Shown: piece by piece, positions 1-11,424 of the stretch
Numbering within the stretch: position 1 is the stretch's first letter
How the letters are laid out: the number at the start of each line of letters is the position of its first letter
NCBI RefSeq assembly: GCF_001194135.2
Contig: NC_068986.1
Span: 18,397,164-18,438,644, forward strand
Source of the DNA: Octopus bimaculoides
Taxonomy: Eukaryota
Direction of reading: 5' to 3'
DNA: 41,481 nucleotides
Notes under the pieces: model-generated
The model's database searches: none
What the model was told of the DNA's origin: nothing
What the model saw: the letters and a program-made list of their open reading frames with translations, nothing else
Program-made: the position numbers and the translations under genes

Positions 1-1113
1 ATATATATATATATAACATATTAGATTCAAGAACCCGTGATATGACAAAACAGTCAGTCGTGTTTACTAAATGTTTAATTACGGGTGGTATGATCGATTT
101 GATAAATTATACTAGCTGAAATCTATATTCCATAAGTAAATCAAACTAAAAGCTAAGTTATGATATGAAGAACAACAATAGCTTATTAGTTAAATTGCAT
201 TGATTTAGAGATTACGCATAACAGCCTTGAGAGAAAATTTTGAAGTATATATTTAGGAAGAATGCAACCACATTATTCACAGTTTAAGGAAAACGCTTGA
301 AAGGCCTTGAAGAAATGCCGAGAGAATGTATGCAAATACTGGTAAGATAATGGTCTCTGGAAATTATCTTAAATAACAATACACAATACGTGTCTCATAG
401 TTTGTATACTCTTTTGCAAAATTGTTTATGATAGTGTATTTATATGTAAATCATATTTGTCTAGATTTTATAACTTACGTTTGCGCATTACCCGCGACAA
501 AACAATTATTACTGCAAAAGACATTCTGCGATATATAGAGAACACAATAACTAGTTATTATTACAACAGTGTCAAGTGTATGTCTTAATTATAAGAGATA
601 TTTTCCGAAATCATTTCCAAACATTTCTTGGCTGTACTATATAATCGTGCGTGTACAGTCTTGTTTGCATTAATGGCTGCCTTAGCTAGACACACTGACT
701 TTCCAGCACACATACATATAGGTCTATAGCATAAGAATTTTATTCATAGTCCAGCAATACACCATTACCACGCATTTTAATGTCTAAAATCCCAGATTAT
801 AAAATACTAATTAAATATTCGACTCTCTGCTGCCTAGTGGTTTTCTTTGCACGTAAATGCATGTTACTACTGGGTTTCTACATATAATATGGCTCCATAT
901 CTTCTACGTTTACTATTATGTGTGATGACAATATATTGTTTACTGTAAACAAAGACCTACTTGATGCTTTGTTATGCATAATTAAATTAAATAATCTTTC
1001 TTCAGAAGGATTATGTCGACGCAACGCGCGAGTAAAACTCTATACCACTAATTATATGATGAAAACATTTTGCAGCATTTTCAAAAACGTAGTATTGAAA
1101 ATAACTTAATAAA

Positions 1114-1275
1114 ACTTGAATTCTCTCGTAACTTGTATAACAAAAGTTCATACTCGATGGTTCATCAAAATCACCTAAACTTTTGGGGGAAAAATACTTG
1201 AATTCTCTCGTAACTTGTATAACAAATGTTCATACTCGATGGTTCATCAAAATCACCTACTTTTCGAGGGAAAAC
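1114..1275. repeat. Tandem direct duplication, 82-bp period, 2 copies
   Basis: ACTTGAATTCTCTCGTAACTTGTATAACAAA(A/T)GTTCATACTCGATGGTTCATCAAAATCACCTA starts at 1114 and again at 1196, near-identical. Confidence 0.95.
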
Positions 1276-2969
1276 CTTAATTTCTAAACTTGTAAGGAGA
1301 TAAGTTATCTCGTAGCATGTAATAATCAAAAGAACTCCTCTTGGAGCTTTTGAATTCCAATTGCTATTTTAAAATATATAAAAATAAAACAAAAGAAACT
1401 CAATTTATTTAGAAAAGAAAACATTCTAAGGAAACCGAGCAATCGCACTTTCAGAAGACACGTTACGAAATTATATATTTGTAAAGGATTCACTCTTACG
1501 TTAAGTTTTAAGTCGTATATAACAACATTTATGTTAAAAATTAAACAGCTATAAAAGTTACATATAATGCAATCTGAAATTTGATTGTATTGAATTATCT
1601 CTTCGTTGTGTATTTAGATATAATCCTCTCTTTAGCGATATCTAGTCAAAGGAGGTTATATTTTTCCATTTTTTTAACAACTTATTTCAAACAAGATAAT
1701 GTCGTTAAAATGGATCCTCTGTCTTTAAATTTTCCTAAATTTGCTTAAAGTTTCTTTAAGAGAGAACATTTTCACGATCTAGCAGGTGAATCATCACCTG
1801 TTCACCGAAACAAAGCAAAAAGAAATTGAATTTCGTTCGCAGTGACACAAGAACAAGTATTCCTCTCTTCATGGGATTTGAAGGGGTTACTTTCAAATAC
1901 ATAATCCACGGAAATTTCGGAAAACGCGCTACGAAGAACTTCCGCTTTGTATTAACTAGATATTCGCAGATTAATTATTTTTCTGTTATTATTGACAGGA
2001 TTTTGATATCTGTGTTTCTGTTGTTTTGTAATTCTATCAAAAATTTACATGTGATTGCATATGTCTTTTCAAACCAAAACTGTTGACATCCAAAACGCAG
2101 CTGAAAGCAAGCAACGTTATGCATTAGAGGAGATTACAATAGAATTGTTTATAGATTAAGTAGAAGGCCGTTTGTTAAACCAAGCCGTTGTAGAAAGCTA
2201 TTGGAGGCACTTCTCAAAGAGAAAACCAAATCTCTGTAGATATAATAAATGCTACAATTTTCGGGGAAAGGTGCGTATTCCTGTATATAATGCAGGATGG
2301 TTAACAATTCTGCATTTGATGCACATGAAAGAGATCATAAAGAAAAAGATGATAGGGACGCAGTATATTAATACTCGAACTAAACGCATAAAGTAAAGCT
2401 ATTAAGCATCATTCCTCGACCTCGTCCAATAATATGTCATGAATTAGCAAGAACAAATAGATAAATAAGTCACGTAACAACAGCATTTACAATACAACAG
2501 CGAAAATATCACATAGTGGGATTATATTTATCATGGATAATAGGGCCCTTATAAAACGAGAGAAAAAACGAGTAGTTATTATTAAATAACTACTGTAGGA
2601 ATACAAAAATATGCATTAGAGTAAAAATTAAAAACTAATTAAACAGGAACAAACAAAGATTAAATAAAGACAAATTTTTCTCTAACGTTAGCCAATAATT
2701 ACGAAGGGCGTCCTGAAATGGCATGAAGTTGTGAGGTGAAATGATATAGGACAAATATTAGGAGAAAATTGAAAGAAGTTTGGGGAAGCAGAACGCCATT
2801 CTAAAACTCTAGCAAATAAAGGGGTTATATGTTTAATAGATTTTAAATTGTAATGAACCCTGTAGCTTATAATGCCGGTGGTTAATCTGTGTACTAATGT
2901 GTATATGTGACTGAGATTACAGTAATATATCATGAACAGGACGTCGATCCGTACCATGCATACATTCTG

Positions 2970-3140
2970 AGTTATTTCTGGAGCAATGAGTTATTTGAGT
3001 GAACTGGAGCAATGTGAATAGAAATATTTTGCTTGTGAAAAGAAATGTTTTGCAATGTGAAAAGAAATATTTTGCTTGTAAACACTAGACCCCAGTCAAC
3101 CGGAAATGAAAATCCCAGGTTTACAATGCTGAGTGAAACA
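2970..3140 (-). mobile_element. Degenerate SINE fragment (V-domain-like family) with local 20-40 bp duplications
   Basis: GTGAACTGGAGCAATGTGAATAGAAATATTTTGCTTG resembles GAAATAAAGTGTCTTGCTCAAG at about 40540-40565. TGAGTTATTT, CTGGAGCAATG and GTGAA(T/A)AGAAATATTTTGCTTGT are locally duplicated. Confidence 0.4.
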
Positions 3141-3539
3141 GCCTTCCCACATATCGAATAGCTTATAACAATACTGAAATAGTCTATGAAAACACGCGCT
3201 GGAGACTGGCAAGTACTGCACTTAAAGCTGAAAATCGTGGATACTAAATTTTCTTTACAAAATCCCTATCACCATTTAGTACATTATGACCTTTCCTTCT
3301 GAAGCACAGTATCTGATCATATTGAAAAGAATTACGAAAAGTATATAATGAAGCAGCATAAAATAAATAATTGCTATATGGGTCTTTATTAAACTAATTC
3401 TCTTTGACTGTATAGTGCTACTCAAAGATAATATATTTAGAACTGAAAGTTATTACAAGTTATATCATAATTACAAGTCAGTAATATAGAACGATGACAG
3501 AAAATTATTGATATCTCATTCCATTAAATGTGATAATAT

Positions 3540-3816
3540 GAGTAAGGATCTTTGTCAATATAACATGGCAGTCCTGGTTTAAGACGAATGTTGCTGTAAT
3601 TTAGCCTCAGGAGACATCGTCTCCTGCTGGCTATACAACAGGAACTGTGTCCTTATATTTTCGAATATATCGATCTATGTCCTTGTATATTTTGAAAATA
3701 TAAGGACACACATCGTGTCGTATAGCCAACTGGAGACGATGTCTCCTGGGTTTAAATTACAGCAACATTCGTCCTAAACCAGGACTGCCATGTTATGTTG
3801 GCAAAGATCTTTCCTC
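3540..3816. mobile_element. About 277-bp foldback / MITE-like palindrome
   Basis: Left arm GATCTTTGTCAATATAACATGGCAGTCCTGGTTTAAGACGAATGTTGCTGTAATTTAG...TGTGTCCTTATATTTTC is the near-exact reverse complement of the right arm ending CCAGGACTGCCATGTTATGTTGGCAAAGATC. Short central spacer; no TSD visible. Confidence 0.85.
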
Positions 3817-4066
3817 GGAGGTGTTGTTGCTGATTATCTCTCATTGTGAAATTTAAAAATAGTAATTTTCTAAGTGATGATAATAGTTGTTTATTTAAAT
3901 CTACAAGGACAGGGTGACCACTGCTAATGTTGTTTTAAAGGAACACCAGGAAAATGAAGAGCAAGGGTATATATTTCGATACTACATTATTAGACAGTTT
4001 TAGAATAAATGGAGGAATTACTCATATACATATATATGTGGATGTCGATACTGCTGCTGATAGTAA

Positions 4067-4195
4067 TAATATAGATATGTTCGATCTAGTTTGGAATTTT
4101 TGCAATCAAATTTGAATTCTTTGCAATCAAATTTGATAGCAAAGAATTCAAATTTGATTGCAAAGAATCCAAACCAGATCGAAACATCTATATTA
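4067..4195. repeat. About 130-bp loopless palindrome built from a 21-bp unit
   Basis: Dyad between 4131 and 4132 (CAAA|TTTG). Arms match with about 6 differences. The unit TTGCAATCAAATTTGAATTCT recurs on both arms. Confidence 0.9.
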
Positions 4196-4199
4196 TCAT

Positions 4200-4400
4200 T
4201 GTTGATGCTGCTGCTGCCGCTGCTTTTGTTACTACTATTATTGTTGTTGGTGTGGTGCTTGCTGACGTCGTTATTGTTGTTGTTGGAGTTGTCACGGGTC
4301 ATGCTGGTGTAAAGTGGTCTTGTTTTGGTTATTGGTAAAGTTGTTGATGTTGGGTTTGATGGCAGTGGTAGTGTTGGTGTTGGTGATGGTGTTATTATCT
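4200..4400. repeat. Cryptic trinucleotide low-complexity tract (GTT/GCT/GGT)
   Basis: Runs of GCT, GTT, GGT, TAT. This explains the overlapping stop-free ORFs in the track. Confidence 0.85.
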
Positions 4401-5137
4401 GTAGATTCTTTACAAAAGTCAAAAGGAGTGACATCCGATACGCTTGGTTCACTACTATGCCTCGGGTCGACGAGGCAGGTACATTTTCTCCTACACCTAA
4501 TCCTCTGTTTAGACAAGTGCTGGCCATGTTGTGAAAAGGGCTAGATTGAAAAATATATCCGAGAAGTTTTCGGAACGAGCGGAAAACCCGTTCTTTGATT
4601 GAAACGGGGTGAACACACTTTTAGAAAACTCTTGGATACATCCGCCAAACAATAATTACAATTTCAGCAGCTGGAAAATTTTTTAAAAAACAATCAAAAT
4701 TAGAGAAATCTCACTAGCAATGATTAGAGCGTGGATCCCACGTGTGACGCCAATTGTAATAATAATGTTTCGAGTTAAATAATAAATTAAATTTCAAACG
4801 CTGACTAACTGGCTATGGCATGATGGGGCTACATAAAATTGAAGTGCGTTTTCTTACTATGTAACATTATATTATTATTAAATAGAAGAAACAAAATACA
4901 CAAGAATGTCAAAATCGATCTTATTTGGAGCCTGTAAGTATAAATGATATATCTGTTAAGTCAGACCTACTGCTCACTCAATATATTTAAATGGATGTTA
5001 AAATGTATGCTGGTGAGAAACAGTGTATATTTCGCATTAGTACAAACACAAAGACTCTTTTTCTAAGCAAACAAAATAAGGAAATAGTATCTTAGTAAAA
5101 ACTGATAGCTAACGTCGGTCTTGAACATACATATTCA

Positions 5138-5328
5138 TTTCTACTCTAGGAACAAGGCCCGAAATTATTAAGGAGGGAGCCAGCCGATTAGTACGATCCC
5201 AGGACGTAATTGGTATTTGATTTATCGACCCCGAAAGGATGAAAAGCAAATTCAACCTCGGTGGAATTTGAACTCAGAACGTAAATGACAGACGAAATAC
5301 GCTAAGCATTTTGCTCGGCGTGCTAACC
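5138..5328 (-). mobile_element. tRNA-derived SINE (family A), head truncated
   Basis: Reverse complement gives GTTAGCACGCCGAGCAAAATGCTTAGCGTATTTCG...TGAGTTCAAATTCC (B-box-like), core GCTTTTCATCCTTTCGGGGTCGATAAA, tail GGCCTTGTTCCTAGAGTAG. Confidence 0.85.
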
Positions 5329-5337
5329 TTTCTTAAT

Positions 5338-5578
5338 CTTTTATTGCCCACAAGGTGCTAAACATAGAGGGTACAAAAAAGGATAGACAATGGGATTAAG
5401 TCGATTACGTCGACCGCAGTGCGTAACTGGTACTTCATTTATCGACCTCGAAAGGATGGAAGGCAAAGTCGACCTCGGTGGAATTTGAACTTAGTACGTA
5501 AAGACAGACGAAATACCGCTAAGCATTTTGCCCGGCGTGCTAACCGGTGCCGTAGCGATTCTGCCCGCTCGCTGCCTT
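5338..5578 (-). mobile_element. tRNA-derived SINE (family A), near full length, CCTTGTGGGCAATAAA-type tail
   Basis: Reverse complement: AAGGCAGCGAGCGGGCAGAATCG (A-box-like)...AAGTTCAAATTCCACCGAGGTCGACTTTGCC...GTCGATAAATGAAGTACCAG. Directly abuts the copy at 5138-5328. Confidence 0.88.
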
Positions 5579-7629
5579 CAAGCGAGTGTAATATTGAAAA
5601 AAAAACAAAAAAAAAACAGAAATCAATGCTATAAGTCAAAGTGTACAAAGTGTACAAAATCTTCAACATGAAATGAATTGAATATATTTTGAAAATAGGA
5701 TACAAACTACTAATTCACGAAAAGAGAATATATCTATTCTGCTCGCTAATAGGACGGAATGTGATGATAATAGAAAGCTACAAGGAAGAAACAACACAGG
5801 GAGCCAAAAAAGGCTACTGAGACATAAGAAGAAGAGATATTGTTAGTGGATTAAGAATACGTGAAGAAATAAAATGAAACCTAACTTGTATTTACAAAAT
5901 TAGCAGCAAGGAATTTAGCGTACACTGATAACTAATTATACATGAAATATTAGTTTTCTTTAAGTAGTAACAAAACAATAGTCAAATATCTCCGAAATCA
6001 TTAGCTGAATTATTTACCAGTATTTTAAAAAATATACGGAGTAAAAAAAAAAATATTTCCAATAAATAAATTAGAGAATAAAATTTCACGATGAACCGCA
6101 AAACAAAAACAGACAAGCTAATCTAACCGCAACAATGGCTAAATTACGTTTTCATAATCGAAGTAATGTAAGCTCTGATGCATAACGCTTATTCGTTTAC
6201 AACATGTATGTGCTTGCAGGTGGAAGCTTACGCATATTACTGAGTAGAAATATCTGTCGACTCTAACGCCTGCGAATAGTATGCACTTAGATGATCAATG
6301 ACTTGCAACATATGTTTCAAAACCAAAGGTGTAAGAGATCAGTTCAAACATAGAATGAACAAATAAACCTGACTAGTGTTTAGAGTGGTCTAGTTCTCAC
6401 CGCTCTCTTTATATTCACAGACACTCTTGAACTGGAAGCTGTATCCACAGGCAATATGCCGATACTTCAACGTAAAACCGTTTACGTTAAATAATGGTAT
6501 ACCAAACTCAGTACAAATGAGCAGAGATAAGACGCCTGTCTGGAGTGACACAAGAAACATTGAAAATTAGTCTCTGCAATTTAGTCTCCTTCACTCTAAT
6601 AAACATCTGGATGCCTGGGATCAATACCTTTTTGGTAAAGGTCCGGGTGATTCGAAATTAAAATATGATTTTCTTAGCTGGGAAGATAATGGTTAGAAAT
6701 AAAATCAGTACTAATATATATTAGAGGACAAAGGAATAGATGAAGGAGCTTATCGGCTACACAATATAATTTCTTCTGTCACTGCTATGGATATAAAGAG
6801 ATATGCAAATAAGCAAATAAAACTGATTGGATTCGATATATAAAATATACGTATATGTTTATATATATANNNNNNNNNNNNNNNNNNNNNNNNNNNNNNN
6901 NNNNNNNNNNNNNNNNNNNNNNNNNNNNNNNNNNNNNNNNNNNNNNNNNNNNNNNNNNNNNNNNNNNNNNNNNNNNNNNNNNNNNNNNNNNNNNNNNNNN
7001 NNNNNNNNNNNNNNNNNNNNNNNNNNNNNNNNNNNNNNNNNNNNNNNNNNNNNNNNNNNNNNNNNNNNNNNNNNNNNNNNNNNNNNNNNNNNNNNNNNNN
7101 NNNNNNNNNNNNNNNNNNNNNNNNNNNNNNNNNNNNNNNNNNNNNNNNNNNNNNNNNNNNNNNNNNNNNNNNNNNNNNNNNNNNNNNNNNNNNNNNNNNN
7201 NNNNNNNNNNNNNNNNNNNNNNNNNNNNNNNNNNNNNNNNNNNNNNNNNNNNNNNNNNNNNNNNNNNNNNNNNNNNNNNNNNNNNNNNNNNNNNNNNNNN
7301 NNNNNNNNNNNNNNNNNNNNNNNNNNNNNNNNNNNNNNNNNNNNNNNNNNNNNNNNNNNNNNNNNNNNNNNNNNNNNNNNNNNNNNNNNNNNNNNNNNNN
7401 NNNNNNNNNNNNNNNNNNNNNNNNNNNNNNNNNNNNNNNNNNNNNNNNNNNNNNNNNNNNNNNNNNNNNNNNNNNNNNNNNNNNNNNNNNNNNNNNNNNN
7501 NNNNNNNNNNNNNNNNNNNNNNNNNNNNNNNNNNNNNNNNNNNNNNNNNNNNNNNNNNNNNNNNNNNNNNNNNNNNNNNNNNNNNNNNNNNNNNNNNNNN
7601 NNNNNNNNNNNNNNNNNNNNNNNNNNNNN

Positions 7630-7660
<31 letters not shown>

Positions 7661-8040
7661 GTATGTATGTATAGTTATGTATATATATATGTATACATGT
7701 AGTAAGAGAGAAGGCAAATACTGAGACGCTTCAGATGATGAACATTCGTGGATAGAGATTGAGATATGTATATATTAACAGTGCAAAATTACAAAGAGTA
7801 CTAAGGTACAAAAAATGAAGGAGAGACGATCTGGAGTTACAGGTTCGACACTGGTTTCTAGGGGCCTCGAATTACTTCATAAATGTTGGCAGATGTATTT
7901 CACAAGAATATTCAACCAGTAGTAGAATACACACATTCGAAACATCCGGCATCAGTCCTCAGGGTGAAGAGATAAATAACTTGATTTCACTTATTGTTTT
8001 AATTGTCAGTCTTTGCTCTTTTTCTATTTACAGGTATGTG

Positions 8041-8641
8041 GGATCTATTTTAAAACGGGGGCCACATTTTTCATTAATGTTTTACGTAGTGTTTTTGGTA
8101 CGGAAAGACTTTCAAACTTCGTATACTTATCTATTTTGTGTTATAGAACAGAAAAATATTTTTGTATTCGAATTTATTTCATGTAAAAAATTGTCTTATT
8201 TCGATAATTTCAACCAATCACTGACAAGTATTCAGTTGTTTACATTTACTCCTTTGGCTGATTAAGCGGTGTAAAGCGTATTTAATCTCCATACCTTCGT
8301 TTTATTTGCTTTTTTCATTTAAAATTTGCCTTAACCCTAACACTAACCCTAACCCTAACCCTAACCCAGGGTTAGGTTTAGTGTTAGGGTTAGGGTTAGG
8401 GTTAATTGTTTCAGAATCGTTTGTTTATATAGTCGGCACTTAATGTATATCGGCTGAATGGACGTCGGTGATTGGTTGAAATTACAGAAATACGACAACT
8501 TTAACATGGAATAACTTATGAATTTCTTTTTTTTTAAGAAGACTAAGAGAAAAAGATGTTTTATATGACACATTCTTCCAGTGTTCCAAGTTTCAAAGTG
8601 TTTCGTTAATGAAAAATGTGACCCCCGTTTTAAAAAAATCC
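8041..8641. mobile_element. 601-bp MITE with about 37-bp TIRs, GG...CC termini and an 8-bp TSD (Merlin-like by termini)
   Basis: Left GGATCTATTTTAAAACGGGGGCCACATTTTTCATTAA versus right reverse complement GGATTTTTTTAAAACGGGGGTCACATTTTTCATTAA. Flanks are GGTATGTG (8033-8040) and GGTATGCG (8642-8649). Internal inverted blocks TAATTTCAACCAATCAC / GTGATTGGTTGAAATTA. Superfamily is inferred only from termini and TSD length. Confidence 0.85.
8331..8405. repeat. Interstitial telomere-type inverted repeat (CCCTAA)n-A-(TTAGGG)n
   Basis: Two 37-nt arms separated by one A at 8368; 34 of 37 positions complementary. Confidence 0.95.
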
Positions 8642-10254
8642 GGTATGCGTGTATGTATATTTAGTATATTAAACCCAAACAGTTTTATTTCTTCATTTGC
8701 ATCATCTGCTCACCAGGAATCTTCGTATGTTCACTCTTTACTCAACTGACTTAGTCCTCGGTAAAGATTGAGCAGTGAAATNNNNNNNNNNNNNNNNNNN
8801 NNNNNNNNNNNNNNNNNNNNNNNNNNNNNNNNNNNNNNNNNNNNNNNNNNNNNNNNNNNNNNNNNNNNNNNNNNNNNNNNNNNNNNNNNNNNNNNNNNNN
8901 NNNNNNNNNNNNNNNNNNNNNNNNNNNNNNNNNNNNNNNNNNNNNNNNNNNNNNNNNNNNNNNNNNNNNNNNNNNNNNNNNNNNNNNNNNNNNNNNNNNN
9001 NNNNNNNNNNNNNNNNNNNNNNNNNNNNNNNNNNNNNNNNNNNNNNNNNNNNNNNNNNNNNNNNNNNNNNNNNNNNNNNNNNNNNNNNNNNNNNNNNNNN
9101 NNNNNNNNNNNNNNNNNNNNNNNNNNNNNNNNNNNNNNNNNNNNNNNNNNNNNNNNNNNNNNNNNNNNNNNNNNNNNNNNNNNNNNNNNNNNNNNNNNNN
9201 NNNNNNNNNNNNNNNNNNNNNNNNNNNNNNNNNNNNNNNNNNNNNNNNNNNNNNNNNNNNNNNNNNNNNNNNNNNNNNNNNNNNNNNNNNNNNNNNNNNN
9301 NNNNNNNNNNNNNNNNNNNNNNNNNNNNNNNNNNNNNNNNNNNNNNNNNNNNNNNNNNNNNNNNNNNNNNNNNNNNNNNNNNNNNNNNNNNNNNNNNNNN
9401 NNNNNNNNNNNNNNNNNNNNNNNNNNNNNNNNNNNNNNNNNNNNNNNNATCTTTCTGTGGAATGCCTCGGTATTAGATTCCCTCTGAAAACTTACAAACT
9501 TCCTATGTACAAATTCAAAGCGATCTTAGTGTTGTCATGATTTCTCGTTCCATAAGACATTCTAAAAAGAGCCTACAGAATATCAAAGATATTGGGAAAC
9601 AGCTAAACTTGTCCTTCAATTTACATAAAACAGTGCCAGTTATATTTTTTCTCATAGAAAAAGAAATATGGTAACTGCAAAAGAATCGGCTCAAATCCTA
9701 CGCTGTCGATCAATGATAAAGTAAAAATCTGTAGTGAAGCATTCATTGTGTTATTTTCTCAATGAGGCTAGAATTGAATATCCAAAGATATTACTAATGA
9801 AATTATCCAAGCTACCAAAGAACTCGAAGCTGAAACTTAAAATCCTAGATCTCAACAATACCTACGTCGGTATGCATGCGGGCGTGTGTGTAAATATATA
9901 CTTGTATCAGCGTGTCTATCGTACGACTGTGAAGGTGTTGCTTTGAGAGCGGAAGGGATACAGCGCATATTGAAGAAAACGGATGCACATTCTGAATGTT
10001 TTACACACATGCATTTGAATATATTCGGTGTAGATTTTACACATTAGACTATTGTGATAATTTCCGATATCACATATGATATCAATAGAAGCTTGTCAAC
10101 TACAAACAAAATATTCTTTCAGTCGAAAGTTATGGTGTCTGAAGCCATAGTAAAAAAATACGACGTAACACAATGGAAGCACTTCTTACTTGACATATCA
10201 TAGCGATATATAAGTAAGATGAATTGAAGTGATGAAAGAAAATAATAAAACGCT

Positions 10255-10585
10255 GTGTGCCTTTATGTGTATGTGTATGTGTATTTCTATGTGTTTGTGT
10301 GTGTATGTGTAGTTATCTGTGTCGCTGTGTGTGTATTCCTGTATACTATGGGACCGGCATGGGAAGATATTAAGAATGGAGGTATTTCCTACATATACAT
10401 ACACGCGGTTATAAAGATATATGTGTATATACACACATGTATATCTGCACTTATACATATCCACACACACACGTACGCACACGCACACATACACATATGA
10501 ATATACTCACACATAAACTCACGCGTGCATACATGTATATGGGTATGTATATATGTATGTGTGTGTGTTTGTATGTGTGTGTATT

Positions 10586-10619
<34 letters not shown>

Positions 10620-10906
10620 NNNNNNNNNNNNNNNNNNNNNNNNNNNNNNNNNNNNNNNNNNNNNNNNNNNNNNNNNNNNNNNNNNNNNNNNNNNNNNNNN
10701 NNNNNNNNNNNNNNNNNNNNNNNNNNNNNNNNNNNNNNNNNNNNNNNNNNNNNNNNNNNNNNNNNNNNNNNNNNNNNNNNNNNNNNNNNNNNNNNNNNNN
10801 NNNNNNNNNNNNNNNNNNNNNNNNNNNNNNNNNNNNNNNNNNNNNNNNNNNNNNNNNNNNNNNNNNNNNNNNNNNNNNNNNNNNNNNNNNNNNNNNNNNN
10901 NNNNNN

Positions 10907-10937
<31 letters not shown>
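10255..10937. repeat. Compound TG/CA/TA microsatellite region around a gap
   Basis: Degenerate (TG)n, (CA)n and (TA)n tracts flanking N-run 10620-10906. Confidence 0.9.
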
Positions 10938-10938
<1 letters not shown>

Positions 10939-11313
10939 GCAGGACATAGAAAACAGAAACAGGAAGAGAACAATACATATTTCGTATATGGCGAAAAATA
11001 TAGAAAGAAAAAAATATCATCGGTACACTTACAAAACCCAAGCAATCAATAATAAAATATGTCATAACACAAGAAGCACTTCCGATATGAAGATATATGT
11101 GATATATAATGGCTGTCACGTTAAAAGGATCATAACTTTGAGCAATACTAAGAGCTAGAAAAAAATGAAGATATAAACTTATAGATTTGTATATATTTAG
11201 ATGTACGTACATATGTGCATACAGCAACAAATTTATGACAGAAAATATATGAAAATATATGTGTGTGCGTGTGTGTTGAGCTTTATAAGAATCTTCATAT
11301 ATGTATACTTATT

Positions 11314-11424
<111 letters not shown>

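Noticed and set aside
1826-2957. Short ORFs in unique AT-rich sequence
   Set aside because: Under 90 aa, no domain similarity or splice support; lengths expected by chance.
4018-4544. Five overlapping ORFs on both strands
   Set aside because: They arise from a palindrome plus a trinucleotide low-complexity tract; no domain recognised.
6421-6494. Possible terminal exon TLELEAVSTGNMPILQRKTVYVK after a good acceptor
   Set aside because: No recognisable homology and no linked upstream exon.
7935-7975. Possible hammerhead on the minus strand (CTGAGGA...TCGAA)
   Set aside because: Stem II does not close and the GAAA core is incomplete; at most a decayed Penelope-like remnant.
8331-8405. Chromosome end or telomere fusion site
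   Set aside because: Only about six units per arm, orientation opposite to a fusion, and enclosed by TIRs and a TSD.
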